Of a DNA stretch of 64,000 nucleotides, positions 1 through 12,500 are shown one piece after another. The DNA comes from Octopus sinensis. Taxonomy: Eukaryota. A program made the translations under genes and the position numbers. Numbering within the stretch: position 1 is the stretch's first letter; each line of letters begins with the position of its first letter. The stretch spans positions 28,334,001-28,398,000 of the forward strand of contig NC_043012.1 of NCBI RefSeq assembly GCF_006345805.1, in the 5' to 3' direction. Under the pieces are notes generated by a model. That model saw only the letters and a list, made by a program, of their open reading frames with translations. It was not told where the DNA came from and did no database searches.

Positions 1-660
1 TTTTCAATGAGTCTAGAATTTATGATCTCCCGACTACCTTCTTTTCTCGGAAGGTGTATTCGATCTATGTCGGCTTTTGGGCAATGCATATGTTGCATTG
101 TCAGTTGATTTTGGATTTTGACATCAACTTTCTTGATCTTATAGATGGACCAGATTAAAACATTGAAGCTGTATGTGATTACAGGCATAGCCGATGTGTT
201 TATGGCCTCACTTTTATTTCTGGCATTCAACTCGGTTTTCAGAATGGCTTGTACTCTACGACAGTGTTCTTTTCTTTACAGTGAGTGCTTAATTTCATTT
301 CGGCCACAGACACCAAGATACTTATACCTGCTTTCAGATCCTAATTATTTTATTTTGGTATATCTGCCTAAGTGTAAGTTACATGTATTCGATAGTTTTC
401 TTTTGACAAATGTAACCCTGGCGCATTTGTCAAGTTCAAATGCCACTAAATTGTTTGACTGTATTGGGCGCTAATAGTTGTTGATTATTTTCTGCTAAAA
501 GTTTCAAGTCATCCATATAGAGAAGATGGATTTTCCATACACCTTGTATCCATAATTGTTTCTTTCATCTAAGAGTTTACCTAAGAGAAAGTGTACTGAA
601 CAGAATAATAGAGAAGATAATGAATCGCCCCGGGAGAGTCCACGACAAATATTCACTTTT
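1..660 (-). mobile_element. R4/Dong-like (RLE) non-LTR retrotransposon remnant, RT core
   Basis: Broken minus-strand frames read RGLSRGDSLS (~650-620), HLLYMDDLKLF (~525-495), LDKCARV and RVQAILKTELNARNKSEAIN...RIHLPRKEG. Confidence 0.8.
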
Positions 661-919
661 CCTTGCACCCGTGTTGAGAATTAATCTTCTTCGTTTTTCT
701 TCTCTTTCAGTTTTGTTTCCATTTCTTGCTGAGTATCTTCCTGACACTTAGGGCAAAGAAACTCACTGTATACATTGACAGGCCATTAAATTAAACATAG
801 ATTGTTCATTTTCAAAATAAAATGAAGGTATGTAGAAAAGAAATACATTCGTGGCAATCGTTCTCACAGCGACAATACTCTTCTCAATACGTGTGACATA
901 CCAGTTAAAACAATCTTTT

Positions 920-2060
920 ATACTTATTGCAGAAATGGTAATCCAGGAATCATATTCAAATAATTTTCAGTTTCTTATTTTATCATTCCAATTGCTCCTA
1001 CAATCATTTGTATTATAACCGCCTTGAGATGTCACATTTTTTGATTTCAATGAGAAAATCTTTATATTGTCTGAGCTTGTCAAATTCTTTTTCCACGATA
1101 TTATGATCAGTCAATAAACAAGCTTTATTGTTTTGGTCTTTCACAACAATATCCAGTTTATTAGCTTTGATGGTTCAATCAGTATGTACTGGAAAGTTCC
1201 AAAGAATTGTTACATTTTCTCCCTCAGTTACAGCCTCAGGGTGGTGCTTATACCACTTGTCGATAGTTTTGATTTCATAATGCCAATGTATTAACCAGTG
1301 TAGATATTGACCAACTCTGACATGACTTGATTTATGCTCTTCTGGTGCTAAAACTTTACAATCAGAGATTAAGTGGTCCACTATTTCAATGTCATCATTG
1401 GAGAATCAGCACTTTGGATCCACTCCATTTTTCATCACATTGGCTTGGTAGTTATGGGTCAATAAATGGGTGTGCTTCTGGTCTACATCAGCTTGTTTGC
1501 CATGCAGACGTTTCCGTTCCTACCTATCATACGCCCTTTTCCTTGCCAATGATTTCACCTTTTTTGCAACAATTGCTGCACTTCCCTCAGGCTGTTCAGC
1601 TTGGGTATCATGCATCTTAAACAATAGCACATTTTTTGGTCTTCTTTACGACAGAACGAAGCTTCTTATGCCTCTTGTTTTAATATCTTGATATTTGGCC
1701 AGTTAATTGTGGTGGTTTTGTAAGAGATTTCAAGCTGGATCAAGCTTTGACCTCCTAGGGCTCTGAGAAGGTGAAGGCGAAGTCAGAAGCTTATGTATTT
1801 TTCTGTTAATTTTCTTTACTTCAACACATTGAAGTTATAAGTAACAAGTAACAAGTGGAACTGCTAAGAAATTTATGGCTAACACCTCGCTATGTACATT
1901 TAGCTTAGATTTTAGAACTGCTCGAACTCTCCTTTAACATTCCTTCCTGATCTTCTCTTTCATGTCTGCATGATGAATGCCAAAGCCTTCATTTATTTTT
2001 TGGTGTATATAGGTTTGTTCCTGCTCAAGTTATTTTATCCCTGTGTCAACATTTAACACG
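920..2060 (-). mobile_element. Second R4/Dong-like LINE remnant (thumb, zinc knuckle, RLE endonuclease)
   Basis: MKEKIRKEC.RRVRAVLKSKLN, DHLISDCKVLA...HVRVGQYLHW, ILWNFPVHTD.TIKANKLDIVVKD, IVGAIG; multiple stops and frameshifts. Confidence 0.8.
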
Positions 2061-2689
2061 GCTGGAACATTTATCTAGACCAAACTCCATCCTGATGTCA
2101 TCACTGAATGTTTTCACAGTGTGTAATAGGCCTTCAACTCATCATTGTCTTCGTCATAGAATTGTAGTTCATACATATAAAATAGATCGCCTATTTTCTA
2201 ATTGCCAGTTTAGACTAACGAAAACTATGACACCAACAAGAACAATATCAACAACAGAATACCCCAGCACCAACACAACACTACATAACATGCCTCTCCT
2301 AACTGAAGATAACTCCCGATATGTTGTGCGATGAAGGTGACCAGGAAGAAGAATGGAAAACTGTTCTCGTAAGAAGAGAAAAAGAAAGTAAAAACTAAAT
2401 TTATCCACACAAAAAGCTCGCAGGAGGAAACTAAAAGCAACTCATTCTGCAGCAATACCAACCCTACCAGAGACATCAACATCATCACATACACCACCAT
2501 TACCACAACAAATGCAACCAAATTCACACTCACACCAATAACCAGAATATCTGCAAATGAAACAAAAGAAACACATTGGTAGACACAATAAACAATTCAT
2601 TGAATGTCTACATCAATAGACAGGCTGCGGATGGTATTCGTTCACATGATGACTGTCTGAGAAAAATAAAACTTTTATTTTTTGAGATA

Positions 2690-3760
2690 CATTCGTCAAA
2701 TTTGGGTCAGTTTGTATTCATGACGTGTTCTGTCAGTCTCACTCGATGAACCCACTTTTGGCCTCGATGACAGCCTCCAGGCGACCTCGGAACTGGCCAC
2801 AGGCTTTCGTCACTATCCTCCGTTTCAGGCTCCTGAAATCCCGGGTAATCTTGGCTCTCACTTCATCCTTAGTGCTGCAGCTGGATTTGTTGGTCTCTTG
2901 TTCCACCACACCCCACACAAATAGGTCAATGGGGTTATAGTCAGGCGAGTTGGGAGGTCAAATGTTAGGTGTGATTGAAGAAATTCTCCGACAGCCAGGC
3001 CAGGATCTTCCGGCTGGTGTGGCAGGGCACAGTCTTGCTGCCACACGTATGGCCTCCCTGCAGCTACCTGGTCAATCCAGGGTTTCACTACCTCACTCAG
3101 AACACGGATGTTGTCGTCTGTGTTCAGCCTCAGACTCTCAGGAAAGAAGTGGGGTGGCATGATGTCACCTTCACTGCACCAAAGACCATGGTTATCACTA
3201 GAAATTTCGTCTACATGGCTCTAGACACAACCTTGGGTGAGACAGCAAGCCACCTGTTCTGGGAATTGATCTTCTGGTCTTGGCAGAAATTCTTCTCATC
3301 GAAGAACCACAGCATGTTTGGCTCAAGTGTGTGTTTCAATTTGTTGATCAGCTTCCTGGTGTGCTTCAGTCATTTTTCCTGCATTGCCGTGGACAGAAAT
3401 TGTCCCTTCCTCATCTGATATGAAAAGTAGCTAATGTCCTCGTTGATAAATTTTTCATCCACATCTTTCTCTCATGCAAATGCCATGCATTGACTTACTG
3501 GGATCATTGTTGGTGGATCTCCTATATTTCAGTGATGAATTCTGGCATTCTGATGGCGTCAGATCATTGATCATGGGCTTTCCTCTCTGCTGTTGCCGTC
3601 ATCATGTGAACGAATCTTCCAGTTCCTTTCTGACCTTTTCCACCATTCTTCTGCAGACATTCAGGAAGTCAAAAATCTCTTTGTTTGTACTTCCAGCACA
3701 GATTCCAAGGAGGACTCCATGCCTCTTCCATAAATTAGAGTGGGATCAAATTCTACCAAC
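2690..3760 (-). mobile_element. maT/DD37D-type (Tc1/mariner superfamily) transposase remnant
   Basis: KRHGVLLGICAG...FLNVCRRMVEKVRKEL (HTH region), MPPHFFP..LRLN...VVKPWIDQVAAGRPYVWQQD, and a frameshifted PPNSPDYNP.DLFVWGVVE. Confidence 0.8.
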
Positions 3761-4149
3761 AAAAAAAAAAATATAATAAGGCAAAAATAGTTATTGTTTT
3801 TAAGAAGAAAAAGGCCGACAATGAAAGTAAATAAAATATGCATAGAATTTAAAATTAGCAGTTGAAAATTGCAAATGAAAACAGTCCGTATCTTGTATAA
3901 ACATTAAGCACAATGTCTATATGACACCGCCACATGACATATCAGCTCACATTCAAATTCTAAAAACACATCAACAAATATACAACATGCTAACGACAAA
4001 ACATCCCAAGCGAATGGGAGATTTCTGGGGAATATGAACAAAAGAATAGACAAAGAACTCCTTATGAAAATGCCCACAACTAGCCAGAAGAACAGAGCAA
4101 TGGTCTTTCATCATGTATAAAGTAAGTGATGTTTCCCATTGAACATGGC

Positions 4150-5700
4150 CTAACTCAAACTAGGCAGGTCTGAATGCACATGAACTGGGGGTCACCTTTC
4201 AAGCAAGGCCCCCTGCTCATCAATGTCTGATTGCTTGATACAGATGTAGTGGCAATCACTGAGACCAGAGATTCCAAGGCACAAGCCTTTGCAACCATTT
4301 TTGATGGCTATGAGGTGGACACATCTCTATGCATGCCAAGAATGGGAGGCAGAGTCACTGTGCCGTTTTGGAATGGTCTGCATCTCACAATACAGGTCAT
4401 CTTCCTGGACTCAAAAAGGTAAATTGGTTGTGCTGGGCATGACCAGCAGCAAAAGCCATACCTTCAGACTAGTAGCCATTTATACCCTGACTGGGTTGGA
4501 GTGGCCATATTTCTTCAGAAGTAGGAGGCCTTCTTAGGAACACCCTGTTTTTTAGTGCTAGTAGGCAATTGGAATGGTATCTTGGTTGCACACAAAGACT
4601 GTGTGGGACTAGCTGACACGAGAGGGGTGCAAAAACCTTGTAAAACTGTTTAGATGTTTCCAATTATCTGACATGTACTGACTAGATTTCCTAAAAGTTC
4701 CCGTGTGGACATGGACAAACAGCATTAGGTCATCCAGATCACATCTATATAGAATATTCTGTAGACTTGCAGATAGGGATAGCATAGGTTGTCCATAATT
4801 TAAAATCAGTCACAGACTACAAATTAGTGATGTGTACAGTTGACCCAGATAGGTTTCATATGCAGGAACCCAGTTACTGGAAGCTGAATATATTGCTTTC
4901 AGCATATCAAACTAACAGAAGCAGGATTAGTGAATTAGTTAAGCAGGTGTTAATGAAGGTAATTGTCAACAACAAATGGTCGTATACCCCACAAAAAAAG
5001 AGGCATTTATGAAAATCATGTGCTAGCGGCAAGATTAACCTCGACCAACTCTTCAATATAAAGCATGAAAGATGCATTGTCAGAGTTAATACACATGCTC
5101 TAAGATATGAGGGAACAAAAACCACTTGATGGGTACTTGTTACTCAAACCCAAATAGATGAATATGGCTTTTCAGCAGCATTTCACTTGACTGTTTGGGA
5201 CAAGTAGTGCCTACCTCAATGGTCTGCTGCACCTCTCAGTGAGAAAAGCATAGCATTGTGAAAAGTTGATAAGATGCCAGAAATGCAACAAGTGATGGCT
5301 GGCTGCATGACAGGCAAGTTATCTGGTTTGGACAATATACCTTATAAGTTTTACTTTTACATGCTGGACTTTTTTGGAGGCAAAATGTTTATTGCAACTG
5401 GCAGCAAAACAACAGAATTATCAATTCTGTGAGTTGAGGAGTGGTGGCACTGCTAAGAAAGAACTTAAACAAAGGGAATCACATTAATAATTTTTGGCCC
5501 ATAATCTGCTAAACACAAGATTCTAAATTTTGGCTATGGTGTTGGCAAAGTGGTGCTTGTCGTTTAATTAGGCAGCCCCTTATTATAAGAGTACCTTGGC
5601 TGACTGTGGCTTTAAAGTGAAGATAACTTACACTCTGGCCCAAACAAGGACCTAGTCAAAAAATAGACCTTGGAAAGTTCACTTCTTCCTCCTTGATTGT
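4150..5700 (+). mobile_element. Tx1/L1-like LINE ORF2 remnant (APE endonuclease to RT N-terminus)
   Basis: DVVAITETR (APE motif), KLSGLDNIPYKFY (KSPGLDGLPxEFY-like) and a degraded RPI.LLN.D.KIL motif; heavily interrupted. Confidence 0.6.
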
Positions 5701-6705
5701 TAGGAATAAGGTAGGTAAAATAATTTGTAGCCTTAATAGATAAAAAAATTTCCTTAATAACCAGAGATATAAGAAAATTTTCAAAAAACATTCTATGTCA
5801 GTTTCCTATAGCTGCTGCCCTAATATGGAAATATTTCATGTAAATGACATGAGACACCTAACCCTAGCTGCAAATGTAGGAACCCAGATACTTGCCCACT
5901 GGACTAGGCATGTATGGTTAGCTCAGTCATCTTCAAAGCCAGGGTCACCCCTTGTCTACAAAAAAACCCCAAAAAAACACGAGAAAAAAATGTATTGGAC
6001 TGTGTGAAAGTGATTTCAATAAGAGATAGGCCAACTTCCAGTATTCTTTTCAGCAGATAGACAAGAAAAACACAAAGCTAGCAAAGGGACCCGAAAGATA
6101 GCAATATATCATACACCATCAAACTGAGCATCAAAGACAACTTGACTGTACGTCAATGGTTTGAAAAAGTGCAGAGTTTGTATAGTTGACAGAATATACA
6201 CCCTTATTAGAACTGCACCAATCTTCTAAACACAAAATCAGAAATTTTTATACGATAAAAATATTTCAAGATTCTGTTATTGAAAAAGACCATGCCTCCC
6301 TCTACTGCAATAGAAATATAGTTGAACACACTTTAGCCTTTGCCCCATAAATTAATCCAACCAGTTATATTGCATAATACTTAACATTGACAATATTCTT
6401 CAGCTAATGGATGGGAAGGACACAACTCTTATCCCTTTTTTTTTTCCTTTCATTTGAGTTTTTAGTCACTTTTTCTCAGAGTAATCAAGTTCTTTTTTAA
6501 TATGAATGATTGCTGGATCATGCACGATACATTACAATACAATCCTGTTTAATTACTGCACTGAGTATGAAACTTTAACAGTTCAAATCACACACACACA
6601 CCCACATATATATATATCATCTAACTGTTATACAAGTGCATCTTCTCCCTAACTTATGGTCTCTTTGATGACTCAAGCAAATATATATATATATATATAT
6701 ATATA

Positions 6706-7077
6706 CACCGTGATACTCCATCGTTTACAATGCTGAGGGTTCCAGTTGATCCAATCAACGGAACAGCTTGCTGGTGAAATTAACGTGCAAGTGGCTGAGC
6801 ATTCCACAGACACATGTGCCCTTAATGTAGTTCTCGGGGAGATTCAGCATGACACAGAGTGTAACAAGGCTGGTCCCTTTGATAAGATGCCAGAAAGAGT
6901 GAGAGAAAGTTGTGGTGAAAGAGTACAGCTGGGTTCACCACCACCCCCTGCTGGAGCCTTGTGGAGCTTTAGGTGTTTTCGCTCAATAAACACTCACAAT
7001 GCCCAGTCTTGGAATCGAAACCATGATCCAATGACCACGAATCCACTGCCTTAACCACTGGGCCATTGCACCTCCAC
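6706..7077 (-). mobile_element. tRNA-derived SINE, family C
   Basis: Head GTGGAGGTGCAATGGCCCAGTGGTTAAGG...GGTTTCGATTCC (A/B boxes); homologous to 61510-61891 and 63207-63404; many CpG sites decayed. Confidence 0.85.
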
Positions 7078-7104
7078 AAATAAATATATTTTTACTTTTT
7101 TTTT

Positions 7105-8132
7105 TTAACCTGTTTCATTGACTGCGGCCATGCTGGAGCACTGCCTCCAGTTGAGCAAATCGACCCCAGGACTCATTCTCTGTAAGCCCAGCACTTATTC
7201 CATCGGTCTCTTTTGCCGAACCGCTAAGTGACGGGGACGTAAACACACCAGCATCAGTTGTCAAGCAATGCTAGGGGGTCAAATACATACACACACACAC
7301 ACACACATATATACATATCATCATCATCATCGTTTAACGTCCGTTTTCCGCGCTAGCACGGGTTGGACGGTTTCGACCGGGGTCTGGGGAGCCAGGGGCT
7401 GCCCCAGGCTCCAGTCTGGTCTGGCAGTGTTTCTACAGCTGGATGCCCTTCCTAACGCCAACCACTCCGCGAGTGTAGTGGGTGCTTTTTACGTGCCACC
7501 TGCACAGGTGCCAGAGGGGTCTGGCATCGGCCACGGTCAGTTGGTGCTTTTTATGTGCCACCTGCACAGAAGCCAGTCGGGGCGGTGCTGGCATCGGCCA
7601 CGTTCGGATGGTGCTTTTTATGTGGGGGGAGGGTGCAGAAATATAGGGGAGCACCAGTGGGGAGGGGTGTTCGGAGAAACGATGACAGGTTCTAGACAAG
7701 TAGAACGTAGGATATCACGAGAGGGGTAATGCATGGTGAAATAGCGTATTGATGAGGGGGGTTCGAAGAGTAGACACCTATAATGGTGGTGGGAGAAGCG
7801 ACATCCGGTATAGATGGAGCAAAAATGCTCTTAGCAATGGAAGGGGGGAAAGGAAGAGGGGGGAGGGCAGACAACGTAAAAGAGGGAGAGAGAGAGAAGG
7901 GAATAGTGGAACCCCACGAAAATCGGCCGCCATTGAAAAACCCCTGTATGGAGAAACTTAAATATCTATTCTGTATTTAGCGAGACACGAGGCCGGAAAC
8001 CGATGGTCAACAATAACTAATAAATTATACAGAATATGCAATACGAGGCGAAGCTGAAAATAATAATAATAATAATAATAATAAACAAATTGTCGACTGG
8101 GGATCAAAGGGATAATACTAATACTAATACTA

Positions 8133-8176
<44 letters not shown>

Positions 8177-8343
8177 ATATACATATAAACGACAGGCTTC
8201 TTTCAGTTTCCGTCTACCAAATCCACTCACAAGGCATTGGTCGGCCCGGGGTTATAGCAGAAGACACTTGCCACGCAGTGGGACTGAACCCGGAACCATG
8301 TGGTTGGTTAGCAAGCTACTTACCACACATCCACTCCTGCGCC
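7105..8343 (-). mobile_element. tRNA-derived SINE, family A, split by nested insertions (5' half ~8180-8343, 3' half ~7105-7300)
   Basis: Both halves match the contiguous copy at 36364-36747. Confidence 0.85.
7318..7620 (-). mobile_element. RTE LINE 3' end with (GAT)n tail
   Basis: Same 3' UTR as the RTE at 19886-21628; plus strand begins (CAT)n-CGTTTAACGTCCG. Confidence 0.75.
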
Positions 8344-8804
8344 TATGATATATATGTGATATATATATATGTTTATGTATATTTATCTGTGTTTGCGTGT
8401 CTCCTTGTCTTGACATCAAGTGATAGTTGTAAACAAGCATCACTGTCACACAAGTGGTGTCCTTTCTTTTCAATCTCCCAGGGAAGGCATCTGGCTGAAA
8501 AAAAAAGATAAATGTTCTCACCAAATTCTGATTCCTGCAAGCATGGAAAAGTGAATGTTTCTGGCTCTTTAGTCTTCCTCAATGGAAAATACCGAAGAGA
8601 GATAATCCCGGGCAGATACAAAGCTGTAGCTTTATCTAAAAACAGTCAGCATCAGTGACTAGGGTGTGCTCCTAAACTGCTCGGTCAGAATAAAAATAGC
8701 AGCATCAGCACTAGTGCTGAGATGCTTGTATTTTAACTTCTGTATTTTAAATTCTGTGAATTTGCAGTTACCGTAGAGAAAACAAAATTCTCTCTTAGAT
8801 TTAA

Positions 8805-8898
8805 TTAGTATGAAGAAACTTAACCAAGAGGAGGATATGACAGCTAAAAAGGGGCCTTCTACACAACTACTAGCAAGTTCTTATGAGGAAATGGAGAA
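8805..8898. repeat. ~95-bp direct repeat, copy 1 (copy 2 at 9841-9936)
   Basis: TTAGTATGAAGAAACTTAACCAAG...GATATGACAGCTAAAAAGGG.CCTTCTACACAACTACTAGCAAGT.CTTATGAGGAAATGGAGAA occurs at both sites. Confidence 0.9.
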
Positions 8899-9311
8899 AT
8901 TTACCTTTAACTTTAATATTAGTATGTTTATAAGCAGTGTGTTTGTGGACATATATAAAACATTTTCTATCCAAAAACATATTGCATAGACATAGTTTTA
9001 TTTACACCAAGTTTGTTGTTAGGTCTGTAGTCTTGGAGTGTGTCCTTTTCTATAGTCAAAATGAATCCCCAGCTTAAAGGGGAGTGATCAAGTGAATGAC
9101 TCACTGCTCTAAACACCACTGAAAACAATGGGAAATATAGACTAAGTACAGTTATTATTTCACTTCGTGCTACTTATTAACATTTGAATCAATAAAAGTA
9201 AACTTGCAAATATTTTAATGCCATTTGAAAAGAAACCTTATGAAAACGACTATCATTTCCCATATAAATACATCTTTCAAATTTCTTTCATCAATTCAAT
9301 GCCTTGTTTTA

Positions 9312-9317
9312 TTTATT
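9312..9317 (-). promoter_or_regulatory. Candidate polyadenylation signal of CHMP2B
   Basis: AATAAA on the minus strand about 145 nt after the stop. The region is AT-rich, so chance occurrence is possible. Confidence 0.4.
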
Positions 9318-9461
9318 CAATTTCAGTAAAAAAAAAAATCATTAGATAATTACATATTAAAATAATTATAAAGTATTATAATAGTATGTACAAAGAATAT
9401 AAAGAAAGATTTTAGTGAACTAGAATCAGCATTAAAAGGGTATTCTGCTTTTGTTCAAAGC

Positions 9462-9569
9462 TCACAAGTTCTTCAGTGCAGCCAGCTGCTGTTCAATTTC
9501 ATCATCGGTAACTTTTGATTTTGATGCTTGACCTAATGAACTTTTACCTGGCAATGGAGCTTCACCCAT
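9462..9569 (-). CDS. CHMP2B: CHMP2B coding exon 8 (MGEAPLPG...DDEIEQQLAALKNL*), MIM1-type VPS4-binding tail
   Basis: Acceptor ttttttatag|; TGA at 9464-9462; 108 nt. Confidence 0.93.
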   Translation of the reverse strand: MGEAPLPGKSSLGQASKSKVTDDEIEQQLAALKNL

Positions 9570-12500
9570 CTATAAAAAAACAAAAGTTTAAAAACATTAT
9601 ACTGTATACAATAATTTCATTATTATTATTATTATTATTCTGTCAGCAGAACATGTAAACTACAAGCAAGATAAAACAGAAAAACTAGTATTATGGGGCC
9701 CTTGTGAGAGCTACCTCATAGGTGTAAATACCTAAATAACTAAATGCTTGTCTACTAATCATTTGGTACCGTGATGGATTGACTTTCTTGATCAAGAAAA
9801 GAGATTCTTAGTGAGAAATCTACTTTTTTACATTATGAGGTTAGTATGAAGAAACTTAACCAAGGCGGGGGGATATGACAGCTAAAAAGGGACCTTCTAC
9901 ACAACTACTAGCAAGTACTTATGAGGAAATGGAGAAGTTATATAAAAGATACATAAATGTAACTAAAAGATAAAATACTGAATTGTGCCAGAAAGTTCTG
10001 TAAACTGTAAGATATCATTTTTAAGTAGTGTGCAACTCAGTGATATATTAATGTTGCATGAAGATACCTGAAAGAGAAACACAGAACATAGAAAGTAATA
10101 ACATTGTAAACATGAGGTGGTTTCAGGATATGATTGAAATATGTCGGAAATGATATGATATTGGTAACAATAAAAAGAAAATTATATGAGTGTCAATATG
10201 AGAAATTACATAACAAGCAGTATAACTAGAAAAGGGTGAAGTATTTCTTGGAGATGGGAAAACAGAGCAGTAAGCATTCAATAGTGATGACAATGAGCTA
10301 AATTGAAAAATCTCATAGAGGAATTAATTTTATACAGGCAATGAAGATGTAAATGAAAATACTACTTCTAGGCACATCTAGACAGTAACTAGCAGGAGAA
10401 TTGTGCAATGTTGGAAGAGATTCTTTTGAAATTAAAATGGCAAGCTATGGAAGACAAATGACAGTTTGTCTTTTGATCTGTAAACAGCCTTCAGGTATCA
10501 CTGGTGCTTCATCCAGAAATCACAGCAGGGTAGATTTTGCTTATACAATAGTAGAACAATTCTAGATTTGTCATATATGAAATTTCGATGAACATATCTA
10601 AGAGAGTGAAACAAATTTTTTGCTATGAGCTGTGGGAATAGTATGGATGGTGATTGATATGTGTTTCATTTGAACTACCTGAAAGTAAAGCAAAAGCAGT
10701 GATCAAGGGATCTAAGCAGTGCAGATGGTGTTTTAATAGAGACTGGGTTTGGAGGGAAAAAGATACCAGGCATTTCAAAATGGAAAAAAATTCAGCAAGA
10801 TCTGTGTGTGAATTGGGGACAGAAGTAGGAGACAGTGATTTCTGATAGAAGAGAGTTTGCTCAGTTGACATGAATTTGAATAGCAGTAAAGGTACAACAA
10901 TACTAGGGAAGGCAGAAAGCAAAACTTTCAGTTGGAGTAGCTGGAGGTATCTATGGGTGAGGAAAGTATAAATTCCATATTTTGGAAAAGAATAAGAGGA
11001 AGAATATAAAGGTTAAAGGGAGATTTGTCTTACAAAGAAGTACATGTATTTTAATGGTCTACAAAAAGGTATTGCCCACAGCTCATGTCAACATTATAAA
11101 GGAATTCACTGAAAACAAATCAAAAGATTTGTTGAATTTAACTGAAAATTTATAGAGCTTCAATTAGTTTGAGAAAGTCATCAAGAGATGTGTCTGTCTT
11201 GAAATATTCTCATAAGGAAACATGTTGCCAAAGAGGAGGAAGAGACAACAATGACGATGTCATCATCACCATCATCATCTAACGTCTTATTGTCTAGTTC
11301 GAATAGTTGAATAATTTGACCAGGGCTGGTAAGCCTAGGAGCTGCACCTGACTCCAATCTGATTTGGCATGGTTTCTATGGCTGGATGCCCTTTCCAATG
11401 CCAAGATGCTCTTCCTAACACCAAGAATGTGATTTTGCATGACAGTGATGCATTAAATGGGGAGACTAGAGAGAATAAGTCAAGTATGATTCATTGTGTG
11501 TGTGTTTACTCACATGAAATGCAGAGTGTATCAACTGAGAAATTGACAATGCATTCAAGGGATAGGCAGAAGACAATTGTGCTGGTACCTTTTTTTTTTT
11601 TTAATTATTGAAAAAGCAGAGTAGTAAGGCACAAATCATTTACAGGCTCTACTCTTGGTGTGATTGGAACTTATCCTGAACATCTAAAACCCAAGCTCCA
11701 CAAGTAAAACATATAAAACATAGGTAGAGAGGGAATAACAGCTTCTGATTGGAATCCTTGTAATAAAAGCACTAAATTTCTAAAAGGTGGTATTAGACCA
11801 AAGAAAACATTCTGACTACTCTATGATTGTAATGGACTACTTCCTCACACAAGAACCGCACCATCAACCAGAAGTCATGAAGTTAACAGTCCGCATATTT
11901 CTGACCATGACTATGCTAATGATCTTACTACATGCAAGACTTTTTAATATCTCATTCTTATTTTCATTGATTTCATTCATCTGATTCTAGCATGGAGCCT
12001 TCAAAGGTTTTTAGCCATTTCATCATTCTCATATGATGCAAAATGTAAACTATACATTGGCATTAGAGGCAGTAACTCTGTTATATATAAATACAGCAGA
12101 GTATTTGTTTGAATGTACAAATTTTTCCAGATGGCACTGGGATTTTCTGCTTCTTGTTACTAACCAGTACTTCGATTTTTGTTGATATGGACCATGCTTC
12201 AAGGGTTTGAATTTTTTAGACTATGAAAAGAGAACAATGTTACCAACATTGAAAGTTTCCAAAAGGTAGAAATCCATTACTAATTTCATTTCTATTACAG
12301 AGGATAAACTTGGATTTCTTATCATTATATTAAATAGGCTGCTTATTGATAAAGACAGCCATTACAAATTCAAACTGATAAAGGGTAAAGAGAGCCCTGA
12401 TTCTGGTTATTGAAATAGTGGCACTATAAATACATCCAGTTCTCTCTGACAGAGACTAAGTTATTAGGAAATTAAATAACCAGTGACATTCAGCTGGAGG

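Noticed and set aside
7268-7729. 153-aa plus-strand ORF
   Set aside because: It is an antisense read of an RTE 3' UTR plus flanking repeat.
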